Source: a virus | Length of the DNA: 64,000 nucleotides | IMG/VR virus record: IMGVR_UViG_3300044529_000082 | Coordinates: 1-64,000 of that record | Strand: one strand, 5' to 3' | Shown here: positions 34,458 to 44,509 of the stretch, in pieces | Position numbering within the stretch: position 1 is the stretch's first letter | How the letters are laid out: every line of letters starts with the position of its first letter | The notes under the pieces: generated by a model | Database searches by the model: none | Told to the model about the DNA's origin: nothing | The model's input: the letters and a program-made list of their open reading frames with translations, nothing else | Made by a program: the position numbers and the translations under genes

Positions 34458-37400
34458 CGAAAATAATCAGCCAGTTCAACTATCTCCCGAAGACCAAGCT
34501 GCCTATTGGCAGCAGAATCCCCCGGCGGGCGCCCTCGTCGATGAATCCGGAAAACCGATAAACGCACTGCGCGATTTGTCAGCCCCGGACCTAGCGGCGC
34601 TTTCCACTGACCAGAAAGACAAGTTCGACCTTCTTTCCGCGTTTAATGCGGACCCCGAAGCGCAGAAAAATCCGGACACTGTTCAAAAAGTCGCGGACGC
34701 TTTTCACATCCTGCGCGAGCAGCCGCTATTGACCGGCGTCACCCCCACTGGAGTAATCAAGAACGTTTGGAATACCTTTGCTGGGCTCGGGAGATACGGC
34801 GCCAAGACGGCTATTGGGACGGGCCAAATGGCAGAAAGCTTAGCCGCCCGCGCGCTCCCCGGAGATACCGCCGAAACTTTTGCAAATCAGACTGAGACGG
34901 CAGGAAGGCAGAATCTGGGAGAGACCGCCGCCGCCACTGAACAGGGAATGACCGGCCTCGTCACCGCCGCGACAAAAGTCGCCGCAGCGTTAGGCCGCGG
35001 ATTGCACCTGACTAAATCTCTTTCAGACTATTCTCCCGAAGACAAACGAAATGCGCTTTTCGATGCTGCCGCGGTTGCGCAGCAGGCCCAACAGACCGCT
35101 ACCGGGCAAGGCCCCATAGCGCAAGCCGTCACGGGCGGCGCCGTCCCTGTCCGACCCGAGGAAGTCAGCAAGCTCACTTCTCCGTTTGACTGGGAAGCGC
35201 TCGGCGGTTTGACCCGCGGAGCCGCCGCAGTCACTCCCGAAGTGCTGGGCTCCGCAAAGGCGGCCGCGGGCGAGTTACTCGCCAAAGGTGCGGGCAAAAT
35301 ATCTGACGTCGCTTCGCGCATCGGCGCGGGAACGGCGCGAGTCGCCGAAAAGGCCGCTCCAGTAGCCGCGGCAGTGGGCGTTCCGACATATGCTATTGCC
35401 ACGGGGGACGCGCATCTTTTGGCCGAGTCTCTGCTTTTCGGCAGCAGCGCGGGAGAGAAAGCCGCCGCCGTCGCAGAGAAGACTGCAAAGGGTCTGGATG
35501 CGGCTAGCAAGTTCGCAAAGCAGGTATCTGGAGAAGTGCCGGTAACTTCTGCATATGCCCAGGCGGCCCGTGATACGCTACTCGCGGCCCCGGCCGCGGC
35601 GGTAGAACTGGGCAAAGGCGCGGCATTCGATGTCGCAATGGCGTCTGGCGCCGACACTCCGCAAGAACGTCAAGCTGCCATCGGGCTGGGCACCGCGTTC
35701 GGATTACTCGGTGCCGCCAATATGGCCGGGCGGCACGTAATAAGCGGGCAGCTAATAGCCCCCCGGGGATATGACATTTCAATGCCAGTTTCGGGAAGCG
35801 GAAGATTTCCGGCGCTAGAAGCATTGCATAAAGACGCGTTTTCTCAGCTCGCGCCGGGGCAGCAGCAACGGCTAAATGCCGTGCGCTCTTTCTTAAAGAA
35901 GGCGTCCCCGAATACGGACGTTTTCGCCCTTGGCGAAGACCCCGCGGTGGTTTCTGATGCATTGCAGAAAACGGGGCTCTCTCCGGAGCAAGCAGACTTC
36001 TATTCCCAGCAGGCCGGTTTTAGCACAAAAATCGGGGACCGCAAAATAATCGGAGTTGCGGAACCCGGCGCGGCTCCGCACGAGGCTTTTCACGGAATCG
36101 AAGACGTAATTGGCGCAGCTAAAATGCGAGAGCTGGATGCCGTAACCAAGCAACAATACGCAGACCGGTGGAATGATTTCGGTCGGTATTATGCGCAACG
36201 GCTAACCGGTCAAGACCCTGGAGCTGATTGGAAAACCCCGATTCTCACTGCCTCGAAATGGGGGTCCGCTGACGCGGGCGAAAAGCTTTACCGAGAGACG
36301 GCAAATCAATATGTTTTAGAAGCTAAACGCAACGGCCAGCCGATGCCGACCGAGCAAGAGATTCGAGACGCCGTGAATCTCAGCGCTCCTCGTCTTCCGG
36401 ATGGAACGGTGGATTGGCAAAAAGTGCTTACCCCGGCTGAGCAGCAAGAAACGGCAGACCGCTATATTGCCCGAGAAAAGCTCGCTGAAAATTTCGATGC
36501 CTTTTTCAAGCACGCCGGGCCAACGCTTGAATCCGGCAAACAGGTGCCCGAGAAGATTGCCCAGATAATGGGCCAGATGATGCAGTTCTTTGGCGTAAAT
36601 CCGCTAGCGGGTCGCGCCAGCGAAGCGCTGCACGTGCCGCTGAATCCAGACGTAATTAAGGCCGTGTCCGAAGCTGGGCGCGGGGCAATCCCCGAAGCTC
36701 CAGAGATAGCGTCTAAAACTCTAAGCGCGCCGTCCCAGTCCCGCGCGCCGATGCCCGTAACTCCGCAGCAGCAGCAAGAGGCCGCCGACGAGGCTCGTCA
36801 GGCTGCCGCCGCCGCTCCTACTACTCCCGTTGCGGGCGGCACGCAATCGCCTCGGGAGATTCTGGGCGCAATCGCGGAGTCTATTGCTAGCCGAACCGGA
36901 ATCAAGCTGAATTATCTCTCGGCCCCCGATGAACCGGCGGCCGCAATTTCGATGAATCGAAAGGTCCGGCGCGCGCTAATTGAGGCAGGCCGAACCATGA
37001 GCGCCGCGGGAAAATCGCTGTGGGAAAAAAGCTTTTTCCCTGAGCGAGTCATCCAAAACAAGAACGGCTCTTTTCAGGTCTCGGGCTGGGCGCCGGAGGT
37101 CTTTGCAGCCAATGTTCACAGAACGGCGCAGGAAGTTAGCCAATTAGGGCATCCGCAACTGGTGCCCTATCCGCTGGACCCAAAGACCGGTTCTCTTACT
37201 CCGGATGGTTGGCGCCAGCTATACGAAGACACGCAGAAAGCGGTCCGCAATTACGTGGGCGGCTACACCGCATCCGGCGAGGATTTGGTGGTTCCTCGGT
37301 CCGCGGTTGCCGCTGGCGCGTCAAAGCCGCCAGTCCGCGGCGCCGCGGAAGCGTTAGACCAGAATAAAGCGGATTTCATCAATGCCATGTTCGGGATAAA

Positions 37401-40400
37401 GCTCCCGAAGACTCCTCGAATTTCTACCAAAGAGCTTGGATTACCGACCGCGATTGTAGGCGAGGATATCAGCCGGGCCACTCTTCCAGGCCGCGTGCAG
37501 CCGCCGATAGTCCCGCGCGGAACCTTTGAGGGGCCGAAGGCAGAAGCGCTCGGCATCGCGGGGCGCCCGATAATGGAAGTCAACCCCTGGCGCAATCAGG
37601 CAGAAGCCGCGGGCTTTGATTCGTCGAAGCTAATCGAAGCGCGCCAGAATCTCAACGTTGACAACATCAAAGACGTTGCGATGACCCCAGAGCAGCCGCA
37701 GTTCCGTGGGAATACTTTGACCCTTCAAGCCGGATTCATGCCTGCCGAAATCTCTCCCGAGAAAGAGGCCAGTATCCAAGAGCGAATCGCCCGGGGAATC
37801 CCTCCGGCGAATATCCGCCTGTCTATTTTCAATGACCCGTCGCTGCCTGAAAAATATCATGGGGTCCAGGTGGACGAAGTTGACCCGAGCGCTCCGCCCG
37901 GACAACGGAATATCTTTTCGAGCAACCCGGAAGACATGCGGCGGCTTGGATATGACATGCCGACGACCCAGGAGCTGCTCAAGCTGCCTTTTGGGCAGCA
38001 CACCCTGGCGGACGCGAAGAAAGTTCTTGGCGGCAAAGAACCGACCGGCCAGTTTAGTCCTGCCGACACGGCCGGAGTAACGAATCAAAGCGACGTTCGA
38101 GAAGCCCGCAAGGCGTGGCGCGAGCAAGGCGTCCAGTCTCCATATTTCAAGCGGTGGTTCGGTGACAGCAAAGTGGTGGACGAGAGCGGGGGACCGCTGG
38201 TTATCTATCATGGCACTACGCATAACTTTGACCGCTTCGCCAACGTCCGCGGAAATCCAGAAAACTCGCTGGGCATAGGGCACTATTTCACCACGGACGA
38301 AAACGATGCTTCTGGAAACTACGGCACTACAACGAGCTCGGATTTGAATTCGCGACTTGAGTGGCGTGTTGACCAGTTGATTGGTGAGGATATGCCCGAG
38401 GCTGCGGCCAGAAAACAGGCTCGCCGGGAACTGGTAGGCCGCACAGAAAAGGTAATTCCTGCGTATCTGAAACTGGAAAATCCGGTAGTGCTCGACCCGA
38501 AAGGCGGCACGCATTTCAATTACGATTACGACGAGAGCACCGGCCAAGAGTCGGGAACTTCAGTTGACCTTTACAATGAATTAATGCGGCTCGGGGCCGA
38601 GCACAAATTCGACGCTCAATCGGTGTGGAACGACATCACTGAGAATGGGGCGGATGACCTAAAAGCGTATGATATTTGGAAGGAGATTAAGGATTCGGAT
38701 GCCATGCTGGACGCGACCGATGAAAATGGAAATCAGCTCAGCTCAGAAATCGCGCGGCAGCTTTTTGAAAACCTGGGATACGACGGAATAGAGCTCGCCA
38801 ATCCGGCCGACGAGTATCAGGGGATGCGCCTCGACCCCGACACCAAGCACTACGTCGCTTTCAATTCTGAGCAGGTCAAAGGCGTTGAAAATCGCGGGAC
38901 ATTTTCTCAACAGGACCCGCGTTTTCAGTTCCTTCCTTCGGATGAAAATCGCGAAGAGGAATCAGTGCCCAAAACGTTTATTGTCCGTCACGGCAGCACC
39001 GAAATGAATAATGCGGACCCCGCGAAAGATTTGATACGCGGGCATCTTGACGTGCCTTTGGACGATAAGGGAAAGAAGGAGGCCAAAGAGACCGCCGCAA
39101 AGATTGCCGAGCAAGGCGGAGTCTCGCACATCGTCGCCTCGGACCTGGGCCGCACGCTCCAGACCGCTGCGGAGATTTCCAAGGCGACCGGCGCCACGAT
39201 TGAACCGGACCCCGGCTTACGCCCGTGGAAGCTGGGACCGACAATCGAGGGCCATCCAACCTCGAAGATGCTGCCGAAAATTGCGGAGCTTACCGACAAT
39301 CCCGACACCCGTCCTCCGGGCGGAGAAACCTTCAACGAATTCAAGGACCGTTTTCTGTCCGCATGGAACCGCATCCAGGCCGAGCATCCGGACAAAAATA
39401 CAGCCGTGGTGACGCATTATCGAGGCACTAAGCTGCTCGACGCATGGCGCGCGGCTGGCGTGGATAACAACGAAATCGACAAAGGGGTTTTCGAGACTTA
39501 CGACAAGAACAAAAAGCCGGGGCACGTGGACGTGGTTGACAAGACAGGAAACGCCTTTTCCGGCGCCCCGGCTAAAGAAACTCCCGCCGCTCAATTTGCC
39601 ACTCGAAAAGCCAAGCAGGATTACGAATTCAAAGAGTCGCCCGGCTCATTGTTCAGCAAGGCGTGGGTTCTTCCTAACGGAAAGATTGTCCAGCTCGGGG
39701 GCAAGTGGCACCATGAATGGGTGAACGAAAATCCGGAAGTGATGAAGCAATTCGGTCTGAAGAAAACCACGAGCGGAGAAGAGAACCGCGTGGATGCTCT
39801 GAAAAGAGGGTTCGCGCGCGTCAACTACGAGCGGAATACCGGCACGCTGAAGGTAGAAGCCCGCGCGCAAGACTGGGCTCGGCTATCCCCATCGATTAAA
39901 GAAATGGTCCGGGCCAACCTGGGGCGAGTCGATAACATGGACGTGCATTTGCTCGACGATAAAGCGCAGAACATCGTCGAGCAGGACGGGGTCGCACTGC
40001 ACACCTATGACCCCGAGGAGCGCATGGACCACATTCCGCTGATTACGGAACCCAGTGCCACGACTACATTTTCTCCGCAGAGCTCGGCAGAATCTAACCG
40101 CGGCGCTCAGTTTATGCCCGAGACCCGCTGGTACGGGCAAGAGCGGGAAGGCGAAAAAGAGCATAGGTGGGACGCGCTAAGTAATTCTATTTTACATCCT
40201 GACATGCGAACCCCTGCCAATGAAGGGGAGGCCCCAGAGGTTACTTTAGAGGCTCTAAAAAAAGAGGGGTATAAGACGGTGGACTGGGCCGAGACACCTA
40301 CCTTTCACGACCATACAACGCGAGCCGTTTTCTATAAGAACGACCGAGGACGATTCCCTTTATCTGAAGAGGGGGTTCGCAAGGCATCGGAAGCCGCGAG

Positions 40401-43400
40401 GCAGCAGGAAAAAAAAGTGCAGGCCATTGCGTATCCGCAAGATTCAGACGTCCAATTTATGCCCGGCGGAGACGCCAGAGCAATCAAAGCAGCCGCTATT
40501 CGTGACCCAGAGACCGGCAAAGTCTATGAAGGCCCGATGCACTTCATGGCGCGGCAGAACTACATCAAGGAACACCCCGGCTTCGACCCGATGAACTTTT
40601 TCAAGTTCGAAGAGGGATTCACCGATAACGGGGACCGTTTTCTGAGCCGCACGCAAGCCTTCGAGCGGGCCAAGGAACTGAAGCAGCTGAAGCCGGTGGT
40701 TGGGGCCAATCAAAAAAACGCCGAGCAGACGTATGACAAGCTCGGGCAGCTGGCCAGTGAGCGAACGCAATTAGCGCAATTCTTTCCCATGCAAAAAGGC
40801 GAAGGACCGGACGAAGTTTTACGAACCGCAAGAAAATTCTGGGTCACCAACGGAGGGGAGACGCGCCCTGCTTGGGGCACGCATGCGCATCAGGCGGCGC
40901 AAGAAATTCTTGGAGACTGGAAACCTAAGGACCCCGAAAACGCAGGTCCCGAAACGAACGAAGAGGCCATCAGGCGCGGGCATGTTCGGGGCGTATATCG
41001 GATGTATCCGCACATGCTGGATTTGAACGGCAGGCCTTGGTCCGAGCTTTCGGTTCCTGCGCAAAAAGAAATAAGGCGACTATCTCAGAGCTTAGCGCTT
41101 CCGACAGATTACAATGGACGTCCCGTTGACACGGGCGTGGGTCCGTTTCCGCTCGACTCAGAAAACGTCCAATTTATGCCCGGCGGAGACCCTCGCGCGA
41201 TTCGCGCCGCGGCAATCCGCGACCCGGACACCGGCGAAGTCACCGAAGGGATGGCGCACTTTTACGCGCGTATGAAGCATTCCGAGGAGCACCCCGGGAT
41301 GGGCCCGTTCAATTACTTCAAATTTCAAGAGGGCTTCGTGGACAACTCCGGGAATTTCCTCGACCGAGTCCAAGCGTTCGAGCGCGCGAAAGAGCTGAAT
41401 CAGCTCAAGCCCGCCGCTACTCCAGGCCAGAAAGATTTGCATGAACAGTTTGACCGGATGGGCAAACTGGCCGCGGAACGGGTGGCGACATCCCAGTTTA
41501 TGCCTAGCCGAAGAGAGGCAGACAACATTAAAGACGAAATCGAACCGCTTTTTCAAAAGCACGGTATGTCTTTAGACGTGGTTGGGTCTTTGTCAAAAAA
41601 ACCTGAAGGAAACGACATCGATTTTCATTTGCGGCCTGAAAAATCGGGCGCCACTATTGAAGAACAAATGGGGTCATTTTACGACCATATTGCGCCAGAG
41701 CTAAAAAAACAAGGATGGGACCTTCGTGATACCAACAATCCTCGGGATTATGTCCATCCTGTTCGCGGCAAAGAGTGGTTCGTTTCGGCGGACGACCCTA
41801 AAGGTAATACTGTTGAATTTTTTATGTCAGGGCCTGAAGGATTCGACAGTGCTCAATTTAGACCCGGTGCGGCGCCGGAGGAATTCAAGGACGAAAAAAC
41901 GCTGCCCGCCGCTTTGACAAAACCAAACTGGGCCGTGCTCACCGCAACCCAGGAATCGCTCGGCGCGGGGACCGACAAGGTAAATCAAGAAGCCAATCGG
42001 CGCCTGGAAAAAGAACTAAAGGCGGCCGGATTCAACCCAATTCCGGTCAAAGGGAATTACAAAGGCGTTGACCAGGGCATGAATTATTTGGTCACTGGAA
42101 TGACCCCGGACGAAGCAGTCGCCTGGGGTCGGAAATTCGGCCAGGAATCTGTTCTCACTCCGCGCGGGCTGCTTTATGGGGACGGCTCGCTTAGCCCGGC
42201 CATTCCGGAAGAAACCACAATCGGAGACCGGGCCAAAAAACAGGATTTCTATTCTCAGATTGAAGGCGGCCCCGCGTTCAGCATGGGCATCGACTTCGGC
42301 AAGCGGGTCCCGGCTGCAATTGATACCGGCGCACTCCCCGGGTTCGAGGGCGAAATCGGCTCGCCCAAAACGCGTGCCCTATCTACCGTCGAGAAGGGCA
42401 ACATGACGATGAAGCAGCTCGGCGAGCAGTTCCCCGAAGCTGTGGTCCCGCGGAAGAAGGACGAAGCAATTCCGTCCAAGATTACCGAGTCTCCGCTTTA
42501 CAAACAGGCCGGTAGTGAAGAGAACGCGGTTAAAGCTTTTGCAAAACGGCTTGTCGATTTCGCCAAGCAGTATAAGGACCATCCGGCGTTTGAAGACGGA
42601 AAAACGTGGTATGACCACATCGCGCCGAAAATCAAAAAGCACTTTGGCAAGACCGGACAGCTTTTTGCCGAAATGCTGGCGGCCACTTCGCCGGGCCAGA
42701 AGCCGGACACGAATTTTGCTGATGCGCTGGCGGCACATGACATGGCCGTCGCGGGCAAGTATGACAAGCAAGTCAAAAAACTCGTCCAGGGCCTCGACAT
42801 GATTGAAAAAGACACGTGGCGCGGCTGGCTGACAAAGCACGGAACAGACCTGCCCGAGACTCCCACGCCAGAGACTTTTCTGGGCCAGTGGATTGATTTT
42901 CACGACCTCAAGCCGCGCAAGGAAAACGGCGCGCTTTACGGTTACAATTCCGTGCAGGTGCTCAAGGTTGCCGCGCGCAAGTGGCTTTCTGAGGCGGGAC
43001 CTAAGACGAGCAATTTCATCCAGAACCTGCTCGGCACGGGGCACGAGGCGACGATTGACCTTTGGGCAGACCGCACCATGCGATGGGCCGGATACGAGGG
43101 CGCAAAAGACCGCTGGCGGATTCTGCCGGAGAACAAGTCCGGGGTATCAGACGAGGATTTCGCTTTCGCGCAGAAGGCATTTTCGGCCGCCGCTAAAGAG
43201 CTTGGAATGCGCCCGGACCAGCTCCAGGGCGCCCTGTGGTTCGCCGAAAAGCAGCGTTGGGCGGACAACGGCTGGTCTCCGCTCGACCTAGGGACCTACG
43301 AACCAGAATTCGCGAAAATCGAGCAACGCCGTGCGGGCGCGCGTCAAACCGCCGCCATCAAGCAGCAGGCGAAAAAGGCCGCTCCGGCATTGACAGGAGA

Positions 43401-43446
43401 GCAAATCGGGTTTAACCTGGGGCCGGACATGATACAACCAAAATGA
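34444..43446 (+). CDS. Giant polyvalent ejection protein (~3000 aa) with zincin peptidase, ADP-ribosyltransferase, histidine phosphatase, nucleotidyltransferase, DUF3293-like and HhH-glycosylase-like domains
   Basis: PHEAFH (HExxH); FKRWFGDSKVVD..G.PLVIYHGT...GHYFT...YDGI...VAF (ART-PolyVal); RHG...SDLGR...VVTH; VGSL..NDIDF; WYD...AATSP...GPKT..F..N...TIDLW...LQGALW. Confidence 0.85.
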   Translation: MPFVDENNQPVQLSPEDQAAYWQQNPPAGALVDESGKPINALRDLSAPDLAALSTDQKDKFDLLSAFNADPEAQKNPDTVQKVADAFHILREQPLLTGVTPTGVIKNVWNTFAGLGRYGAKTAIGTGQMAESLAARALPGDTAETFANQTETAGRQNLGETAAATEQGMTGLVTAATKVAAALGRGLHLTKSLSDYSPEDKRNALFDAAAVAQQAQQTATGQGPIAQAVTGGAVPVRPEEVSKLTSPFDWEALGGLTRGAAAVTPEVLGSAKAAAGELLAKGAGKISDVASRIGAGTARVAEKAAPVAAAVGVPTYAIATGDAHLLAESLLFGSSAGEKAAAVAEKTAKGLDAASKFAKQVSGEVPVTSAYAQAARDTLLAAPAAAVELGKGAAFDVAMASGADTPQERQAAIGLGTAFGLLGAANMAGRHVISGQLIAPRGYDISMPVSGSGRFPALEALHKDAFSQLAPGQQQRLNAVRSFLKKASPNTDVFALGEDPAVVSDALQKTGLSPEQADFYSQQAGFSTKIGDRKIIGVAEPGAAPHEAFHGIEDVIGAAKMRELDAVTKQQYADRWNDFGRYYAQRLTGQDPGADWKTPILTASKWGSADAGEKLYRETANQYVLEAKRNGQPMPTEQEIRDAVNLSAPRLPDGTVDWQKVLTPAEQQETADRYIAREKLAENFDAFFKHAGPTLESGKQVPEKIAQIMGQMMQFFGVNPLAGRASEALHVPLNPDVIKAVSEAGRGAIPEAPEIASKTLSAPSQSRAPMPVTPQQQQEAADEARQAAAAAPTTPVAGGTQSPREILGAIAESIASRTGIKLNYLSAPDEPAAAISMNRKVRRALIEAGRTMSAAGKSLWEKSFFPERVIQNKNGSFQVSGWAPEVFAANVHRTAQEVSQLGHPQLVPYPLDPKTGSLTPDGWRQLYEDTQKAVRNYVGGYTASGEDLVVPRSAVAAGASKPPVRGAAEALDQNKADFINAMFGIKLPKTPRISTKELGLPTAIVGEDISRATLPGRVQPPIVPRGTFEGPKAEALGIAGRPIMEVNPWRNQAEAAGFDSSKLIEARQNLNVDNIKDVAMTPEQPQFRGNTLTLQAGFMPAEISPEKEASIQERIARGIPPANIRLSIFNDPSLPEKYHGVQVDEVDPSAPPGQRNIFSSNPEDMRRLGYDMPTTQELLKLPFGQHTLADAKKVLGGKEPTGQFSPADTAGVTNQSDVREARKAWREQGVQSPYFKRWFGDSKVVDESGGPLVIYHGTTHNFDRFANVRGNPENSLGIGHYFTTDENDASGNYGTTTSSDLNSRLEWRVDQLIGEDMPEAAARKQARRELVGRTEKVIPAYLKLENPVVLDPKGGTHFNYDYDESTGQESGTSVDLYNELMRLGAEHKFDAQSVWNDITENGADDLKAYDIWKEIKDSDAMLDATDENGNQLSSEIARQLFENLGYDGIELANPADEYQGMRLDPDTKHYVAFNSEQVKGVENRGTFSQQDPRFQFLPSDENREEESVPKTFIVRHGSTEMNNADPAKDLIRGHLDVPLDDKGKKEAKETAAKIAEQGGVSHIVASDLGRTLQTAAEISKATGATIEPDPGLRPWKLGPTIEGHPTSKMLPKIAELTDNPDTRPPGGETFNEFKDRFLSAWNRIQAEHPDKNTAVVTHYRGTKLLDAWRAAGVDNNEIDKGVFETYDKNKKPGHVDVVDKTGNAFSGAPAKETPAAQFATRKAKQDYEFKESPGSLFSKAWVLPNGKIVQLGGKWHHEWVNENPEVMKQFGLKKTTSGEENRVDALKRGFARVNYERNTGTLKVEARAQDWARLSPSIKEMVRANLGRVDNMDVHLLDDKAQNIVEQDGVALHTYDPEERMDHIPLITEPSATTTFSPQSSAESNRGAQFMPETRWYGQEREGEKEHRWDALSNSILHPDMRTPANEGEAPEVTLEALKKEGYKTVDWAETPTFHDHTTRAVFYKNDRGRFPLSEEGVRKASEAARQQEKKVQAIAYPQDSDVQFMPGGDARAIKAAAIRDPETGKVYEGPMHFMARQNYIKEHPGFDPMNFFKFEEGFTDNGDRFLSRTQAFERAKELKQLKPVVGANQKNAEQTYDKLGQLASERTQLAQFFPMQKGEGPDEVLRTARKFWVTNGGETRPAWGTHAHQAAQEILGDWKPKDPENAGPETNEEAIRRGHVRGVYRMYPHMLDLNGRPWSELSVPAQKEIRRLSQSLALPTDYNGRPVDTGVGPFPLDSENVQFMPGGDPRAIRAAAIRDPDTGEVTEGMAHFYARMKHSEEHPGMGPFNYFKFQEGFVDNSGNFLDRVQAFERAKELNQLKPAATPGQKDLHEQFDRMGKLAAERVATSQFMPSRREADNIKDEIEPLFQKHGMSLDVVGSLSKKPEGNDIDFHLRPEKSGATIEEQMGSFYDHIAPELKKQGWDLRDTNNPRDYVHPVRGKEWFVSADDPKGNTVEFFMSGPEGFDSAQFRPGAAPEEFKDEKTLPAALTKPNWAVLTATQESLGAGTDKVNQEANRRLEKELKAAGFNPIPVKGNYKGVDQGMNYLVTGMTPDEAVAWGRKFGQESVLTPRGLLYGDGSLSPAIPEETTIGDRAKKQDFYSQIEGGPAFSMGIDFGKRVPAAIDTGALPGFEGEIGSPKTRALSTVEKGNMTMKQLGEQFPEAVVPRKKDEAIPSKITESPLYKQAGSEENAVKAFAKRLVDFAKQYKDHPAFEDGKTWYDHIAPKIKKHFGKTGQLFAEMLAATSPGQKPDTNFADALAAHDMAVAGKYDKQVKKLVQGLDMIEKDTWRGWLTKHGTDLPETPTPETFLGQWIDFHDLKPRKENGALYGYNSVQVLKVAARKWLSEAGPKTSNFIQNLLGTGHEATIDLWADRTMRWAGYEGAKDRWRILPENKSGVSDEDFAFAQKAFSAAAKELGMRPDQLQGALWFAEKQRWADNGWSPLDLGTYEPEFAKIEQRRAGARQTAAIKQQAKKAAPALTGEQIGFNLGPDMIQPK
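40448..41190 (+). repeat. 26-bp exact direct repeat (40448-40473 and 41165-41190) opening a duplicated ~105-aa domain
   Basis: ACGTCCAATTTATGCCCGGCGGAGAC occurs twice. The downstream protein copies are clearly paralogous. Confidence 0.9.
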
Positions 43447-43610
43447 AAAAGCTCGAATTAAGCGAAGCAGAAAAAGCTCAAGCCGGGAAACTGGCGAAAA
43501 CCGCTACCGCAACACCGTCTGACGACTTCTGGCGGAACGTCCAGGCCGAGGCAAACCGCCTGCACAAAGCCCGCGGTCCTGAAATTAAACCACGACAAAT
43601 CCGGTCCTAG
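43443..43610 (+). CDS. Small protein (55 aa) coupled to the giant gene
   Basis: ATGA overlap; MKKLELSEAEKAQAGK...QIRS*. Confidence 0.55.
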   Translation: MKKLELSEAEKAQAGKLAKTATATPSDDFWRNVQAEANRLHKARGPEIKPRQIRS

Positions 43611-43612
43611 GA

Positions 43613-43621
43613 GTAACTGTT
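43613..43621 (+). promoter_or_regulatory. GTAACTGTT motif
   Basis: ATG43628 is 6 nt downstream. Confidence 0.7.
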
Positions 43622-43627
43622 AAAGGT

Positions 43628-44311
43628 ATGGCCGACATCGACATTCAGCCCCGAGAACCCGCCGGTGCGATGGCAACGCCGCCCCCGGCGCCGCCGTCTC
43701 CTTCTGACGCCGCACCCACGCCCACACCCGAGCAGGCACAACCAGAGCAGCCAGAGCAGCCAGCCGCGTTACCTCCCGAATTGCTGGAAATACCCGCCAT
43801 CCAGGGCCTTGTTGCGGGCGCCCCGGCCGCCGTCTCGATGGATATCAGCCAATTTGCCAAAACAGAGCCCGGAAAGCTGATTGCGGCCAACTCGGACGAC
43901 ATGCAGCAGGCCGGAATGGGGTTCTACCACTCGATAAAGGGCGATATCGGGGTGATTTTCAATCAGCTTCACGTGCATCCGGCCGACCTTCAGGCGGCCG
44001 ACAAAGCGGGAAAGCTGACGTCTGTGGCGCCGCCGTGGTCCAAGGTTGACCATGCCCTATCTAAAGCCGGTGCCGCGCACCCCGCGCTGGGGCACCGCGG
44101 CGCTCCGACCGGGCCGCCTATGGCAACACCGCCTCCGCCGCCCCAGGCAGCAACTGGGGTCATCCAGACACCAGGGAAGCCCCTTCCTGCCGCTGCTCAG
44201 AATAAACTACTTCAGGCGCGAATCGCGGCTACGCAGCCAGTGGCACCTACTGGGGGGCCTGCCCCGGGGCAGTCTCAGCTCCTGAATCGGGTCCTGCGGC
44301 CCATAGTTTAG
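43628..44311 (+). CDS. Pro-rich late protein
   Basis: ORF behind the late motif; last + strand gene. Confidence 0.65.
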   Translation: MADIDIQPREPAGAMATPPPAPPSPSDAAPTPTPEQAQPEQPEQPAALPPELLEIPAIQGLVAGAPAAVSMDISQFAKTEPGKLIAANSDDMQQAGMGFYHSIKGDIGVIFNQLHVHPADLQAADKAGKLTSVAPPWSKVDHALSKAGAAHPALGHRGAPTGPPMATPPPPPQAATGVIQTPGKPLPAAAQNKLLQARIAATQPVAPTGGPAPGQSQLLNRVLRPIV

Positions 44312-44472
44312 TGTTTGTATAGGAAAGTCACCGTTGCCGTAATCGCGGCCGCGGATAACCAGTAGCACGCATCGGCCCACTTGTGGCTGAGCGCCCAACG
44401 CGTGGCACTGAGCATGTAAAGCCCCAGGATGACGTAATTGAAGACGGCCGGGTCAAGTAGAAGTTTTTTCAT
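44308..44472 (-). CDS. Small membrane protein (54 aa)
   Basis: MKKLLLDPAVFNYVILGLYML...FLYKH*, read by hand. Confidence 0.55.
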   Translation of the reverse strand: MKKLLLDPAVFNYVILGLYMLSATRWALSHKWADACYWLSAAAITATVTFLYKH

Positions 44473-44509
44473 GGGAAGACCGCCCCGCCGTTTGTTAGCC
44501 GAATTTCTT

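Noticed and set aside
40448-41493. Diversity-generating retroelement TR/VR pair
   Set aside because: No reverse transcriptase is present, and the differences are not adenine-specific. The same applies to the 47148/47763 repeat.
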